Shown one piece after another: positions 41,501-55,089 of a stretch of DNA of 64,000 bases. Each line of letters opens with the position of its first letter. Positions within the stretch are counted from its first letter, which is position 1. Origin of the DNA: the human T2T-CHM13v2.0 reference genome, Homo sapiens; NCBI RefSeq assembly GCF_009914755.1, contig NC_060933.1; one strand, 5' to 3'. The position numbers were made by a program, and so were the translations under genes. The notes under the pieces were generated by a model. The model ran no database searches. It saw nothing but the letters and a program-made list of their open reading frames with translations, and was not told the DNA's origin.

Positions 41501-44500
41501 ATTCCATTCCGTTCCGTTCCGTTCCATTCCATTCCATTCCATTCTATTCGGGTTAATTACATTCTATTCCATTCCATTCCATTCCAATCGATTTGATTCC
41601 ATTCCATTCCATTCCATTCCATTCCATTCCATTCCATTCCACTCCATTCCAGTCCTTTCCATTTCATTCCACTCGGGTTGATTCCAATGTATTCCTTTCC
41701 ATTCCATTCCATTCCATTGCAATCGAGTTGATTCCATTGCTTTGCATTCCATTCCATTTCATTCCATTCCGGATGATTCCATTCCATTGCATTCCATTCC
41801 ATTCCATTCCCCTGAACTCGGGTTGATTCCATTCCATTCCACTCCATTCCGTTCCATTCCATTCCATTCCATTGTATTCGCGTTAATTCCATTCCATTCC
41901 ATTCCATTCCATTCCATTCCATTACAATCGAGCTGATTGCATTCCAGTCCATTCCATTACATTCCATTCCAGTCCTTTCCATTCCATTCCACTCGGGTTG
42001 ATTCCATTCTATTAGTTTCCATTCCATTCCATTCCCTTCCATTACACTCTGGTTGATTCCATTCCTTTCCATTCCACTCGAATACATTCCCTCCTATTCC
42101 ACTCGGAACGATTCCTTTCCATTCCATTCCATTCCATTAAATTCCATTTCGTTCCATTCCATTCTATTCCGTATCATTCCATTCCATTCCATTCCATTCC
42201 ATTCCATTCCATTCCATTCCACTCGTGTTGATTCCATTCCTTTCCATTCCATTCGGTTTGAAGGCATTCCATTCCATTCCATTCCATTCCATTCCATTCC
42301 ATTCCATTCCATTGTACTCGGTTTGATTGCATTCCATTGCATTCCATTCCATTCCATTCCGTTGCATTCCATTCCATTACATTAGGATTGATTCTATTCA
42401 ACTCCCTTACTCTCCATTACATTCCATTCCATTGGGGTTGTTCTATTCCATTCCATTCCATTCCACTCCTTTCCATTGCACTCGGGTTGATTCCATTCCA
42501 TTCCATTCCATTCCATTCCATTCCATCCCGGATGATTCCATTCCATTGCATTCCGTTCCATTACATTCCCCTGCACTCGCGTTGATTCCATTCCATTCCA
42601 TTCAATTCCATTCCATTACAATTCGTTACATTCCATTCTATTCCGTACCATTCCATTCCATTCCATACCATTCCATTCCATTCCATTCCATTCCATTCCA
42701 TTCCATTCCGTTCCATTCCGTTCCATTGCATTCCATTCCATTCTATTCGGGTTAATTCCATTCCATTCCATTCCATTCCATTCTATTCCATTCCATTGCA
42801 ATCGAGTTGAATCCATTGCATTTCATTCCATTCCATTCCATTCCATTCTATTCCGGAAGATTCCATTCCATTGCATTCCATTCCATTCCATTCCCCTGCA
42901 CTCGCATTGATTCCATTCCATTCCATTTCATTCCATTCCATTCCGTTCCGTTCCGTTCCATTCCATTCCATTCCATTCCGTTCCTTTCCATTCCATTCCA
43001 TTCCATTCTATTCGGGTTAATTCCATTCCATTCCATTCGATTGCAATCGAGTTGATTCCATTCCATTGCATTCCATTCCATTCGATTCCATTCGATTGCA
43101 CTCGGGTTGATTCCATTCCATTGCATTCCATTCAATTCCATTCCATTCCATTCCATTCCATTCCATTCCATTCCGTTCCATTCCTTTCCATTACATTCGG
43201 ATTGATTCTATTCAATTCCCTTTCACTCCATTACATTCCATTCCATTCGAGTAGTTTCCAGTCCATTCCATTCCATTCCTCTCCATTCCATTGCACTCGG
43301 GTTGATTCCATTCCATTGCATTCCATTCCATTCCATTCAATTACATTCCGTTCCTTTCCATTCCATTACATTCGGATTGATTCTATTCAACTCCCTTACT
43401 CTCCATTACATTCGATTCCATTCGGGTTGTTCCATTCCATTCCATTCCATTCCACTCCATTCCATGGCACTCGGGTTGATTCCATTCCATTCCATTCCAT
43501 TCCATTCCATTCCATTCCATTCCATTCCATTCCGGAAGATTCCGTTCCTTTGCATTCCATTACATTCCATTCCCCTGCACTCGCGTTGATTCCATTCCAT
43601 TCCATTCCATTCCATTCCATTCCGTTCCATTCCATTCCATTCCATTCCATTCCGTTCTGTTCCGTTCCATTCCATTCCATTCCATTCTATTCGGGTTAAT
43701 TCCATTCCATTCCATTCTATTGCAATCGTGTTGATTCCATTCCATTCCATTCCATTCCATTCCATTCCTTTCCATTCCATTACGGATGATTCCATTCCAT
43801 TGCATTCTATTCCATTCCATTCCCCTGTACTCGGGTTGATTCCATTCCATTGCATTCCAATCCATGCCCTTCCACTCGTGTTGATTCCATTCTTTCCATT
43901 CCATTCAAGTTGAATGCATTCCATTGCATTCCATTCCATTCGAATCCATTCGATTGCAATCGGGTTGATTCCATTTCATTGCATTCCATTCCATTCAATT
44001 CCATTCCATTCCATTCCATTCCGTTCCATTCCATTCCATTACATTCGGATTGATTCTATTCAATTCCCTTACACTCCATTACATTCCATTCCATTCGGGT
44101 AGTTTCCATTCCATTCCATTCCATTCCTCTCCATTCCATTGCACTCGGGTTGATTCCATTCCATTGCATTCCATTCAATTCCATTCAATTCCATTCCTTT
44201 CCATTCCATTCCATTACATTCGGATTGATTCTATTCAACTCCCTTACTCTCCGTTACATTCCATTCCATTTGGGTTGTTCCATTCCATTCCATTCCACTC
44301 CATTCCATTGCACTCGGGTTTATTCCATTCCATTCCATTCCATTCCATTCCATTCCATTACGGAAGATTCCATTCCATTGCATTCCATTCCATTCCATTC
44401 CCCTGCATTCGCGTTGATTCCATTGCAATCCATTCCATTCCATTCCGTTCCATTCCATTCCTTTCCGTTCCATTCCATTCCATTCCATTCCATTCCATTC

Positions 44501-47020
44501 CGTTCCGTTCCGTTCCGTTCCATTCCATTCCATTCCATTTTATTCAGGTTAATTCCATTCCATTCCATTCGACTGCAATCGAGTTGATTTCATTCCATTC
44601 CATTCCATTACATTCCATTCCATTCCATTCCTTTCCATTCCATTACGGATGATTCCATTCCATTGCATTCCATTCCATTCCATTCCCCTGTACTCGGGTT
44701 GATTCCATTCCATTCCATTCCAATCTATGCCATTCCACTCGTGTTGATTCCACTCTTTCCATTCCATTCAAGTTGAATCCATTCCATTGCATTCCATTCC
44801 ATTCCATTCCCCTGCAGTCGGGTTGATTCCATTCCATTCCATTCCATTCCATTCCATTCCATTCCGTTCCGTTCCGTTCCGTTCCATTCCATTCCATTCC
44901 ATTCCATTCTATTCGGGTTAATTCCATTCCATTCCATTCCATTCCATTCCATTCCATTCCATTCCAATCGAGTTGATTCCATTCCATTCCATTCCGTTCC
45001 ATTCCATTCCATTCCACTGCATTCCAGTCCTTTCCATTCCATTCCACTCGGGTTGATTCCAATGTATTCCTTTCCATTCCATTCCATTGCAATCGAGTTG
45101 ATTCCATTGCTTTGCATTCCATTCCATTCCTTTCCATTCCGGATGATTCCATTCCATTGCATTCCATTCCATTCCATTCCCCTGCACTCGGGTTGATTCC
45201 ATTCCATTACACTCCATTCCGTTCCATTCCATTCCATTCCATTGTATTCGGGTTAATTCCATTCCATTCCATTCCATTCCATTCCATTCCATCACAATCG
45301 AGTTGGTTCCATTCCATTCCATTCCATTCCATTCCATTCCATTCCGGATGATTCCATTCCATTACATTCCGTTCCATTACATTCCCCTGCACTCGGGTTG
45401 ATTCCATTCCATTCCATTCCATTCCATTCCATTCCGTTCCGTTCCGTTCCGTTCCATTCCATTCCATTCCATTTTATTCGGGTTAATTCCATTCCATTCT
45501 ATTCCATTGCATTCTATTCCATTCCATTGCAATCGAGTTGAATCCATTGCATTCCATTCCATTCCATTCCATTCCATTGCAATCGAGTTGAATCCATTGC
45601 ATTCCATTCCATTCCATTCCGGAAGATTCCATTCCATTTCATTCCATTCCATTCCATTCCCCTGCACTCGCGTTGATTCCATTCCATTCCATTCCATTCC
45701 ATTCTATTCGGGTTAATTCCATTCCATTCCATTCCATTCCATTCCATTCCAATCGAGTTGATTCCATTCCATTCCATTGCACTCCATTCCAGTCATTTCC
45801 ATTCCATTCCACTCGGGTTGTTTCCAATGTATTCCTTTCCATTCCATTCCATTCCATTGCAATCGAGTTGATTCCATTGCTTTGCATTCCATTCCATTCC
45901 ATTCCATTCCGGATGATTCCATTCCATTGCATTCCATTCCATTCCATTCCCCTGCACTCGGGTTGATTCCATTCCATTCCACTCCATTCCGTTCCATTCC
46001 ATTCCATTCCATTTTATTCAGGTTATTTCCATTCCATTCCATTCCATTCCATTCCATTACAATCGAGTTGATTCCATTCTATTCCATTCCATTCCATTCC
46101 ATTCCAGTCCTTTCCATTCCATTCCACTCGGGTTGATTCCATTCTATTAGTTTCCATTCCATTCCATTCCCTTCCATTCCACTCTGGTTGATTCCATTCC
46201 TTTCCATTCCACTCGAATACATTCCTTCCTATTCCACTCGGAACGATTCCATTCCATTCCATTCCATTCCATTCCATTCCATTTCGTTCCATTCCATTCT
46301 ATTCCGTTTCATTCCATTCCATTCCATTCCATTCCATTCCATTCCATTCCACTCGTTTTGATTCCATTCCTTTCCATTCCATTCGGTTTGAAGGCATTCC
46401 ATTCCATTCCATTCCATTCCATTCCATTCCATTCCATTGTACTCGGGTTGATTGCATTCCATTGCATTCCATTCCATTCCATTCCGTTGCATTCCATTCC
46501 ATTACATTCGGATTGATTCTATTCAACTCCCTTACTCTCCATTACATTCCATTCCATTCGGGTTGTTCCATTCCATTCCATTCCATTCCACTCCATTCCA
46601 TTGCACTCGGGATGATTCCATTCTATTCCATTCCATTCCATTCCATTCCATTCCGGATGATTCCATTCCATTGCATTCCGTTCCATTACATTCCCCTGCA
46701 TTCGCGTTGATTCCATTCCATTCCATTCCATTCCATTCCATTCCATTACAATTCGTTACATTCCATTCTATTCCGTACCATTCCATTCCATTCCATTCCA
46801 TTCCATTCCATTCCATTCCATTCCATTCCGTTCCATTGCATTCCATTCCATTCTATTCGGGTTAATTCCATTCCATTCCATTCCATTCCATTCTATTCCA
46901 TTCCATTGCAATCGAGTTGAATCCATTGCATTTCATTCCATTCCTTTCCATTCCATTCCATTCCGGAAGATTCCATTCCATTGCATTCCGTTCCATTCCA
47001 TTCCCCTGCACTCGCGTTGA
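38600..47020. repeat. Tandem duplication with ~5.25-kb period (~38600-43860 vs ~43860-47020) and an internal 1.12-kb copy-number difference
   Basis: Shared GTTGAATGCATT, CCAATCTATGCC, CCACTCTTTCC, ATCACAATCGAGTTGGTT, CAGTCATTTCC, CGGTTTGAAGGC and CTCGGGATG. ORF-track offsets are 5264 to 5244, then 4110. Confidence 0.88.
40460..42600. repeat. ~1.12-kb tandem duplication
   Basis: CGGTTTGAAGGC at 41135 and 42254 (offset 1119); ORFs 41208/42327 and 41218/42337 also offset 1119. Confidence 0.85.
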
Positions 47021-50000
47021 TTCCATTCCATTCCATTCCATTCCATTCCATTCCATTCCATTCCGGAAGATTCCATTCCATTGCATTCCATTACATTCCA
47101 TTCCCCTGCACTCGCGTTGATTCCATTCCATTCCATTCCATTCCATTCCGTTCCATTCCATTCCTTTCCGTTCCATTCCATTCCATTCCATTCCATTCCA
47201 TTCCGTTCCGTTCCGTTCCGTTCCGTTCCATTCCATTCTATTCGGGTTAATTCCATTCCATTCCACTCGATTGCAATCGAGTTGATTCCATTCCATTCCA
47301 TTCCATTCCATTCCATTCCATTCCATTCCATTGCATTCCGGAAGATTCCATTCCATTGCATTCCATTCCATTCTATTCCCATGCACTCGCGTTGTTTCCA
47401 TTCCATTCCATTCCATTCCATTCCAATCCATTCCATTCCATTCCGTTCCGTTCCGTTCCGTTCCATTCCATTCCATTCCATTCCGTTCCGTTCCGTTCCG
47501 TTCCATTCCATTCCATTCCATTCTATTCGGGTTAATTCCATTCCATTGCATTCGATTGCAATCTTGTTGATTCCATTCCATTCCATTCCATTCCTTTCCA
47601 TTCCATTACGTATGATTCCATTCCATTGCATTCCATTCCATTCCATTCCCCTGTACTCGGGTTGATTCTATTCCATTGCATTCCAATCCATGCCCTTCCA
47701 CTCGTGTTGATTCCATTCTTTCCATTCCATTCAAGTTGAATCCATTCCATTGCATTCCATTCCATTCGATTCCATTCGATTGCACTCGGGTTGATTCCAT
47801 TCCATTGCATTCCATTCTATTCCATTCCATTCCATTCCGTTCCATTCCATTCCATTACATTGGGATTGATTCTATTCAATTCCCTTACTCTCCATTACAT
47901 TCCATTCCATTCGGGTAGTTTCCATTCCATTCCATTCCATTCCTCTCCATTCCATTGCACTCGGGTTGATTCCATTCCATTGCATTCCATTCCATTCCAT
48001 TCAATTCCATTCTGTTACATTCCATTCCATTACATTCAGATTGATTCTATTCAACTCCCTTACTCTCTATTATATTCCATTCCATTCGGGCTGTTCCTTT
48101 CCATTCCATTCCATTCCATTCCATTCCATTCCGGAAGATTCCATTCCATTGCATTCCATTCCATTCCATTCCCCTGCACTCGCGTTGATTCCATTCCATT
48201 CCATTCCATTCCATTCCATTCCATTCCATTCCATTCCATTCCTTTCCGTTCCATTCCATTCCATTCCATTCCGTTCCGTTCCGTTCCATTCCTTTCCATT
48301 CCATTCTATTCGTGTTAATTCCATTCCATTCCATTCGATTGCAATCGAGTTGATTCCATTCCATTCCATTCCACTCCATTCCAGTCCTTTCCATTGCATT
48401 CCACTCGGGTTGATTCCACTGTATTCCTTTCCATTCCATTCCATTCCATTCCATTGCAATCGAGTTGATTCCATTGCTTTGCATTCCATTCCATTCCATT
48501 CCATTCCGGATGATTCCATTCCATTACATTCCATTCCATTCCATTCCCCTGCACTCGGGTTGATTCCATTCCATTCCACTCCATTCCGTTCCATTCCATT
48601 CCATTCCATTGTATTCGGGTTAATTAAATTCCATTCCATTCCATTCCATTCCATTCCAATCGAGTTGATTCCATTCCATTCCATTCCATTCCATTCCATT
48701 CCAGTCCTTTCCATTCCATTCCACTCGTGTTGATTCCATTCTTTCCATTCCATTCAAGTTGAATCCATTCCATTGCCTTCCATTCCATTCCATTCCCCTG
48801 CAGTCGGGTTGATTCCATTCCATTCCATTCCATTCCATTCCATTCCATTCCATTCCATTACGTTCCGTTCCATTCCATTCCATTCCATTCTATTCGGGTT
48901 AATTCCATTCCATTCCATTCCATTCCATTCCATTCGATTTGATTCCATTCCATTCCATTCCATTCCACTCCATTCCAGTCCTTTCCATTCCATTCCACTG
49001 GGGTTGATTCCAATGTATTCCTTTCCATTCCATTCCATTCCATTGCAATCGAGATGATTCCATTGCTTTGCATTCCATTCCATTCCATTCCATTCCGGAT
49101 GATTCCATTCCATTGCATTCTATTCCATTCCATTCCCCTGCACTCGGGTTGATTCCATTCCATTCTACTCCATTCCGTTCCATTCCATTCCATTCCATTG
49201 TATTCAGGTTAATTCCATTCCATTCCATTCCATTGCATTCCATTCCATTCCATTACAATCGAGTTGATTCCATTCCATTCCATTCCATTCCAGTCCTTTC
49301 CATCCCATTCCACTCGGGTTGATTCCATTCTATTAGTTTCCATTCCATTCCCTTCCCTTCCATTCCACTCTGGTTGATACCATTCATTTCCATTCCACTC
49401 GAATACATTCCCTCCTATTCCACTCGGAACGATTCCATTCCATTCCATTCCATTCCATTCCATTCCATTCCATTCCGTTGCATTCCATTCCATTACATTC
49501 GGATTGATTCTATTCAACTCCCTTACTCTCCATTACATTCCATTCCATTCGGGTTGTTCCATTCCATTCCATTCCATTCCATTCCACTCCATTCCATTGC
49601 ACTCGGGTTGATTCCATTCCATTCTATTCCATTCCATTCCATTCCATTCCATTCCGGATGATTCCATTCCATTGCATTCCGTTCCATTACATTCCTCTGC
49701 ACTCGCGTTGATTCCATTCCATTCCATTCCATTCCATTCAATTCAATTCCATTCCATTCCATTACAATTCGTTCCATTCCATTCTAATCCGTACCATTCC
49801 ATTCCATTCCATTCCATTCCATACCATTCCATTCCATTCCATTCCATTCCATTCCGTTCCATTCCGTTCCATTCCATTCCATTCCATTCTATTCGGATTA
49901 ATTCCATTCCATTCCATTCCATTCCATTCTTTTCCATTCCATTGCAATCGAGTTGAATCCATTGCATTTCATTCCATTCCATTCCATTCCATTCCATTCC

Positions 50001-53000
50001 ATTCCAGAAGATTCCATTCCATTGCATTCCATTCCATTCCATTCCCCTGCACTCGCGTTGATTCCATTCCATTCCATTCCATTCCATTCCATTCCATTCC
50101 GTTCCGTTCCATTCCATTCCATTCCATTCAATTCCATTCCGTTCCGTTCCATTCCATTCCATTCCATTCTATTCGGGTTAATTCCATTCCATTCCATTCG
50201 ATTGCAATCGAGTTGATTCCATTCCATTCCATTCCATTCCATTCCATTCCATTCCATTCCATTCCATTCCTTTCCATTCCATTTCGGATGATTCCATTCC
50301 ATTGCATTCCATTCCATTCCATTCCCCTGTACTCAGGTTGATTCCATTCCATTCCATTCCAATCCATGCCATTCCACTCGTGTTGATTCCATTCTTTCCA
50401 TTCCATTCAAGTTGAATCCATTCCATTGCATTCCATTCCATTCGATTCCATTCGATTGCACTCGGGTTGATTCCATTCCATTGCATTCCATTCCATTCCA
50501 TTCCATTCCATTCCATTCCGTTCCATTCCATTCCATTACATTCGGATTGATTCTATTCAATTCCCTTACACTCCATTACATTCCATTCCATTCGGGTAGT
50601 TTCCATTCCATTCCATTCCATTCCTCTCCATTCCATTGCACTCGGGTTGATTCCATTCCATTGCATTCCATTCCATTCCATTCAATTCCATTCCGTTCCA
50701 TTCCATTCCATTACATTCGGATTGATTCTATTCAACTCCCTTACTCTCCATTACATTCCATTCCATTCGGGTTGTTCCATTCCATTCCATTCCATTCCAC
50801 TCCATTCCATTGCACTCGGGTTGATTCCATTCAATTCCATTCCATTCCATTCCATTCCATTCCATTCCATTCCGGAAGATTCCATTCCATTGCATTCCAT
50901 TCCATTCCATTCCCCTGCACTCGCGTTGATTCCATTCCATTCCATTCCATTCCATTCCATTCCTTTCCGTTCCATTCCGTTCCGATCCGTTCCATTCCAT
51001 TCCATTCCATTCTATTCGGGTTAATTCCATTCCATTCCATTCGATTGCAATCGAGTTGATTCCATTCCTTTCCATTCCATTCCATTCCATTCCATTCCAT
51101 TCCATTCCTTTCCATTCCATTACGGATGATTCCATTCCACTGCATTCCATTCCATTCCATTCCCCTGTATTCGGGTTCATTCCATTCCATTCCATTTCAA
51201 TCCATGCCATTCCACTCGTGTTGATTCCATTCTTTCCATTCCATTCAACTTGAATCCATTCCATTGCATTCCATTCCATTCCATTCCCCTGCAGTCGGGT
51301 TGTTTCCATTCCATTCCATTCCATTGCATTCCATTCCATTCCATTCCATTACATTACATTACATTCAATTCCGTTCGGTTGTACTCGGGTTGATTACATT
51401 CCATTGCATTCCATTCCATTCCATTCCATTACATTCCATTCCATTCCGTTCCATTCCATTACATTCGGATTGATTCTATTTAACTCCCTTACTCTCCATT
51501 ACATTCCATTCCATTCGGGTTGTTCCATTCCATTCCATTCCATTCCACTCCATTCCATTGCGCTCGGGTTGATTCCATTCCATTCCATTCCATTCCATTA
51601 CGGATGATTCCATTCCATTGCATTCCGTTCCATTACATTCCCCTGCACTCGGGTTGATTCCATTCCATTCCATTCCATTCCATTCGATACCATTCCATTA
51701 CAATTCTTTCCATTCCATTCTATTCCGTACCATTCCATTCCATTCCATACAATTCCATTCCATTCCATTCCACTCCGTTCCGTTCCGTTCCGTTCTGTTC
51801 CGTTCCATTCCATTCCATTCCATTCTATTCGGTTTAATTCCATTCCATTCCATTCCATGCCATTCCATTCTATTCCATTCCATTGCAATTGAGTTGAATC
51901 CATTCCATTCCATTCCATTCCATTCCATTCCATTCCATTCCATTCCATTCCGGAAGATTCCATTCCATTGCATTCCATTCCATTCCATTCCATTCCATTC
52001 CATTCCATTCCATTCCATTCCATTGTACTCGGGTTGATTCCATTCCATTGCATTCCATTCCATTCCATTCCATTCCATTCCATTCCGTTCCATTCCATTC
52101 GTATTGATTCTTTCAACTCCCTTACTCTCCATTACATTCCATTCCATTAGGGTTGTTCCATTCCATTCCATTCCATTCCACTCCATTCCATTGCACTCGG
52201 GTTGATTCCATTCCATTCCATTCCATTCCATTCCGGATGATTCCATTCCATTGCATTCCGTTCCATTACATTCCCCTGCACTCGGGTTGATTCCATTCCA
52301 TTCCTTTCCATTCCATTCGATTCCATTCCATTCCCCTGCACTCGCGTTGATTCCATTCCATTCCATTCCATTCCATTCCATTCCATTCCATTCCTTTCCG
52401 TTCCATTCCATTCCATTCCATTCCATTCCGTTCCGTTCCGTTCCATTCCATTCCATTCCATTCTATTTGGGTTAATTCCATTCCATTCCATTCGATTGAA
52501 ATCGAGTTGATTCCATTCCATTCCATTCCATTCCATTCCATTCCAGTCCTTTCCATTCCTTTCCTTTCCATTACTGATGATTCCATTCCATTACATTCCA
52601 TTCCATTCCATTCCCCTGTACTCGGGTTGATTCCATTCCATTCCATTCCAATCCATGCCTTTCCACTCGTGTTGATTCCATTCTTTCCTTTCCATTCAAG
52701 TTGAATCCATTCCATTGCATTCCATTGCATTCGATTCCATTCGATTTCACTCGGGTTGATTCCATTCCATTGCATTCCATTCCATTCCATTCCGTTCCAT
52801 TCCATTTCATTACATTCAGATTGATTCTTTTCAATTCCCTTAAACTCCATTATATTCCAATCCATTCTGGTAGTTTCCATTCCATTCCATTTCACTCCAT
52901 TCCATTGCACTCGGGTTGATTCCAATCCATTCCATTCCATTGCATTCCATTCCATTCCATTCCGGATGATTCCATTCCATTGCATTCCGTTCCATTACAT

Positions 53001-55089
53001 TCCCCTGCACTCGCGTTGATTCCATTCCATTCCATTCCATTCCATTCAATTCCTTTCCATTACAATTCGTTCCATTCCATTCTATTCCGTACCATTCCAT
53101 TCCATTCCATACCTTTCCATTCCATTCCATTCCATTCCATTCCATTCCATTCCATTCCATTCCATTCCCCTGCACTCGGGTTGATTCCATTCCATTCCAT
53201 TCCATTACATTCCGTTCCAATCCATTCCATTCCATTCGGATTAATTCTATTCAATTCCCTTACACTGCATTACATTCCATTCCATTCGGGTAGTTTCCAT
53301 TCCATTCCATTCCATTCCTCTCCATTCCATTGCACTCGGGTTGATTCCATTCCATTCCATTCCATTCCATTCCATTCCATTCCATTCCATTCCATTCCAT
53401 TCCATTCCGTTCCATTGTACTCGGGTTGATTCCATTCCATTGCATTCCATTCCATTCCGTTCCATTCCATTACATTCGGATTGATTCTATTCAACTCCCT
53501 TACTCTCCATTACATTCCATTCCATTCGGGTTGTTCCATTCCATTCCATTCCATTCCACTCCATTCCATTGCACTCGGGTTGATTCCATTCCATTCCATT
53601 CCATTCCATTCCATTCCATTCCATTCCATTCCGGATGATTCCATTCCATTGCATTCCATTCCATTACATTCCCCTGCACTCGGGTTGATTCCATTCCATT
53701 CCATTCCATTTCATTCGATTCCATTCCATTCCAATTGTTTCCATTCCATTCTATTCCGTACCATGCCATTCCATTCCATACAATTCCATTCCATTCCATT
53801 CCACTCCGTTCCGTTCCGTTCCGTTCCGTTCCATTCCATTCCATTCCATTCTATTCGGGTTAATTCCATTCCATTCCATTCGATTGCAATCGAGTTGATT
53901 CCATTCCATTCCATTCCATTCCATTCCATTCCATTCCATTCCTTTCCATTCCATTACGGATGATTCCATTCCATTGCATTCTATTCCATTCCATTCCCCT
54001 GTACTCGGGTTGATTCCATTCCATTCCATTCCAATCCATGCCATTCCACTCGTGTTGATTCCATTCTTTCCATTCCATTCAAGTTGAATCCATTCCATTG
54101 CATTCCATTCCATTGGATTCCATTCGATTGCACTCGGGTTGATTCCATTCCATTGCATTCCATTCCATTCCATTCCATTCCATTCCATTCCATTCCATTC
54201 CGTTCCATTCCATTCCATTACATTCGGATTGATTCTATTCAATTCCCTTACACTCCATTACATTCCATTCCATTCGGGTAGTTTCCATTCCGTTCCATTC
54301 CATTCCTTTCCATTCTATTGCACTCGGGTTGATTCCATTCCATTCCATTCCATTCAATTCCAATCCGTTCCATTCCATTCCATTACATTCGGATTGATTC
54401 TATTCAACTCCCTTACTCTCCATTACATTCCATTCCATTCGGGTTGTTCCATTCCATTCCATTCCATTCCACTCCATTCCATTGCACTCGGGTTTATTGC
54501 ATTCCATTCCATTCCATTCCATTCCATTCCGGAAGATTCCATTCCATTGCATTCCATTCCATTCCATTCCCCTGCACTCGCGTTGATTCCATTCCATTCC
54601 ATTCCATTCCATTCCATTCCTTTCCGTTCCGTTCCATTCCATTCCATTCCATTCCAATCCATTCCATTCCGTTCCGTTCCGTTCCATTCCATTCCATTCC
54701 ATTCTATTCGGGTTAATTCCATTCCATTCCATTCGATTGCAATAGAGTTGATTCCATTCCATTCTATTCCATTCCATTCCATTCCATTCCATTCCTTTCC
54801 ATTCCATTACGGATGATTCCATTCCATTGCATTCCATTCCATTCCATTCCCATGTACTCGGGTTGATTCCATTCCATTCCATTCCAATCCATGCCATTCC
54901 ACTCGTGTTGATTCCATTCTTTCCATTCCATTCAAGTTGAATCCATTCCGTTGCATTCCATTCCATTCGATTCCATTCGATTGCACTCGGGTTGATTCCA
55001 TTCCATTGCATTCCATTCCATTCCATTCCATTCCATTCCATTCCATTCCATTCCGTTCCATTCCATTCCATTACATTCGGATTGATTCT

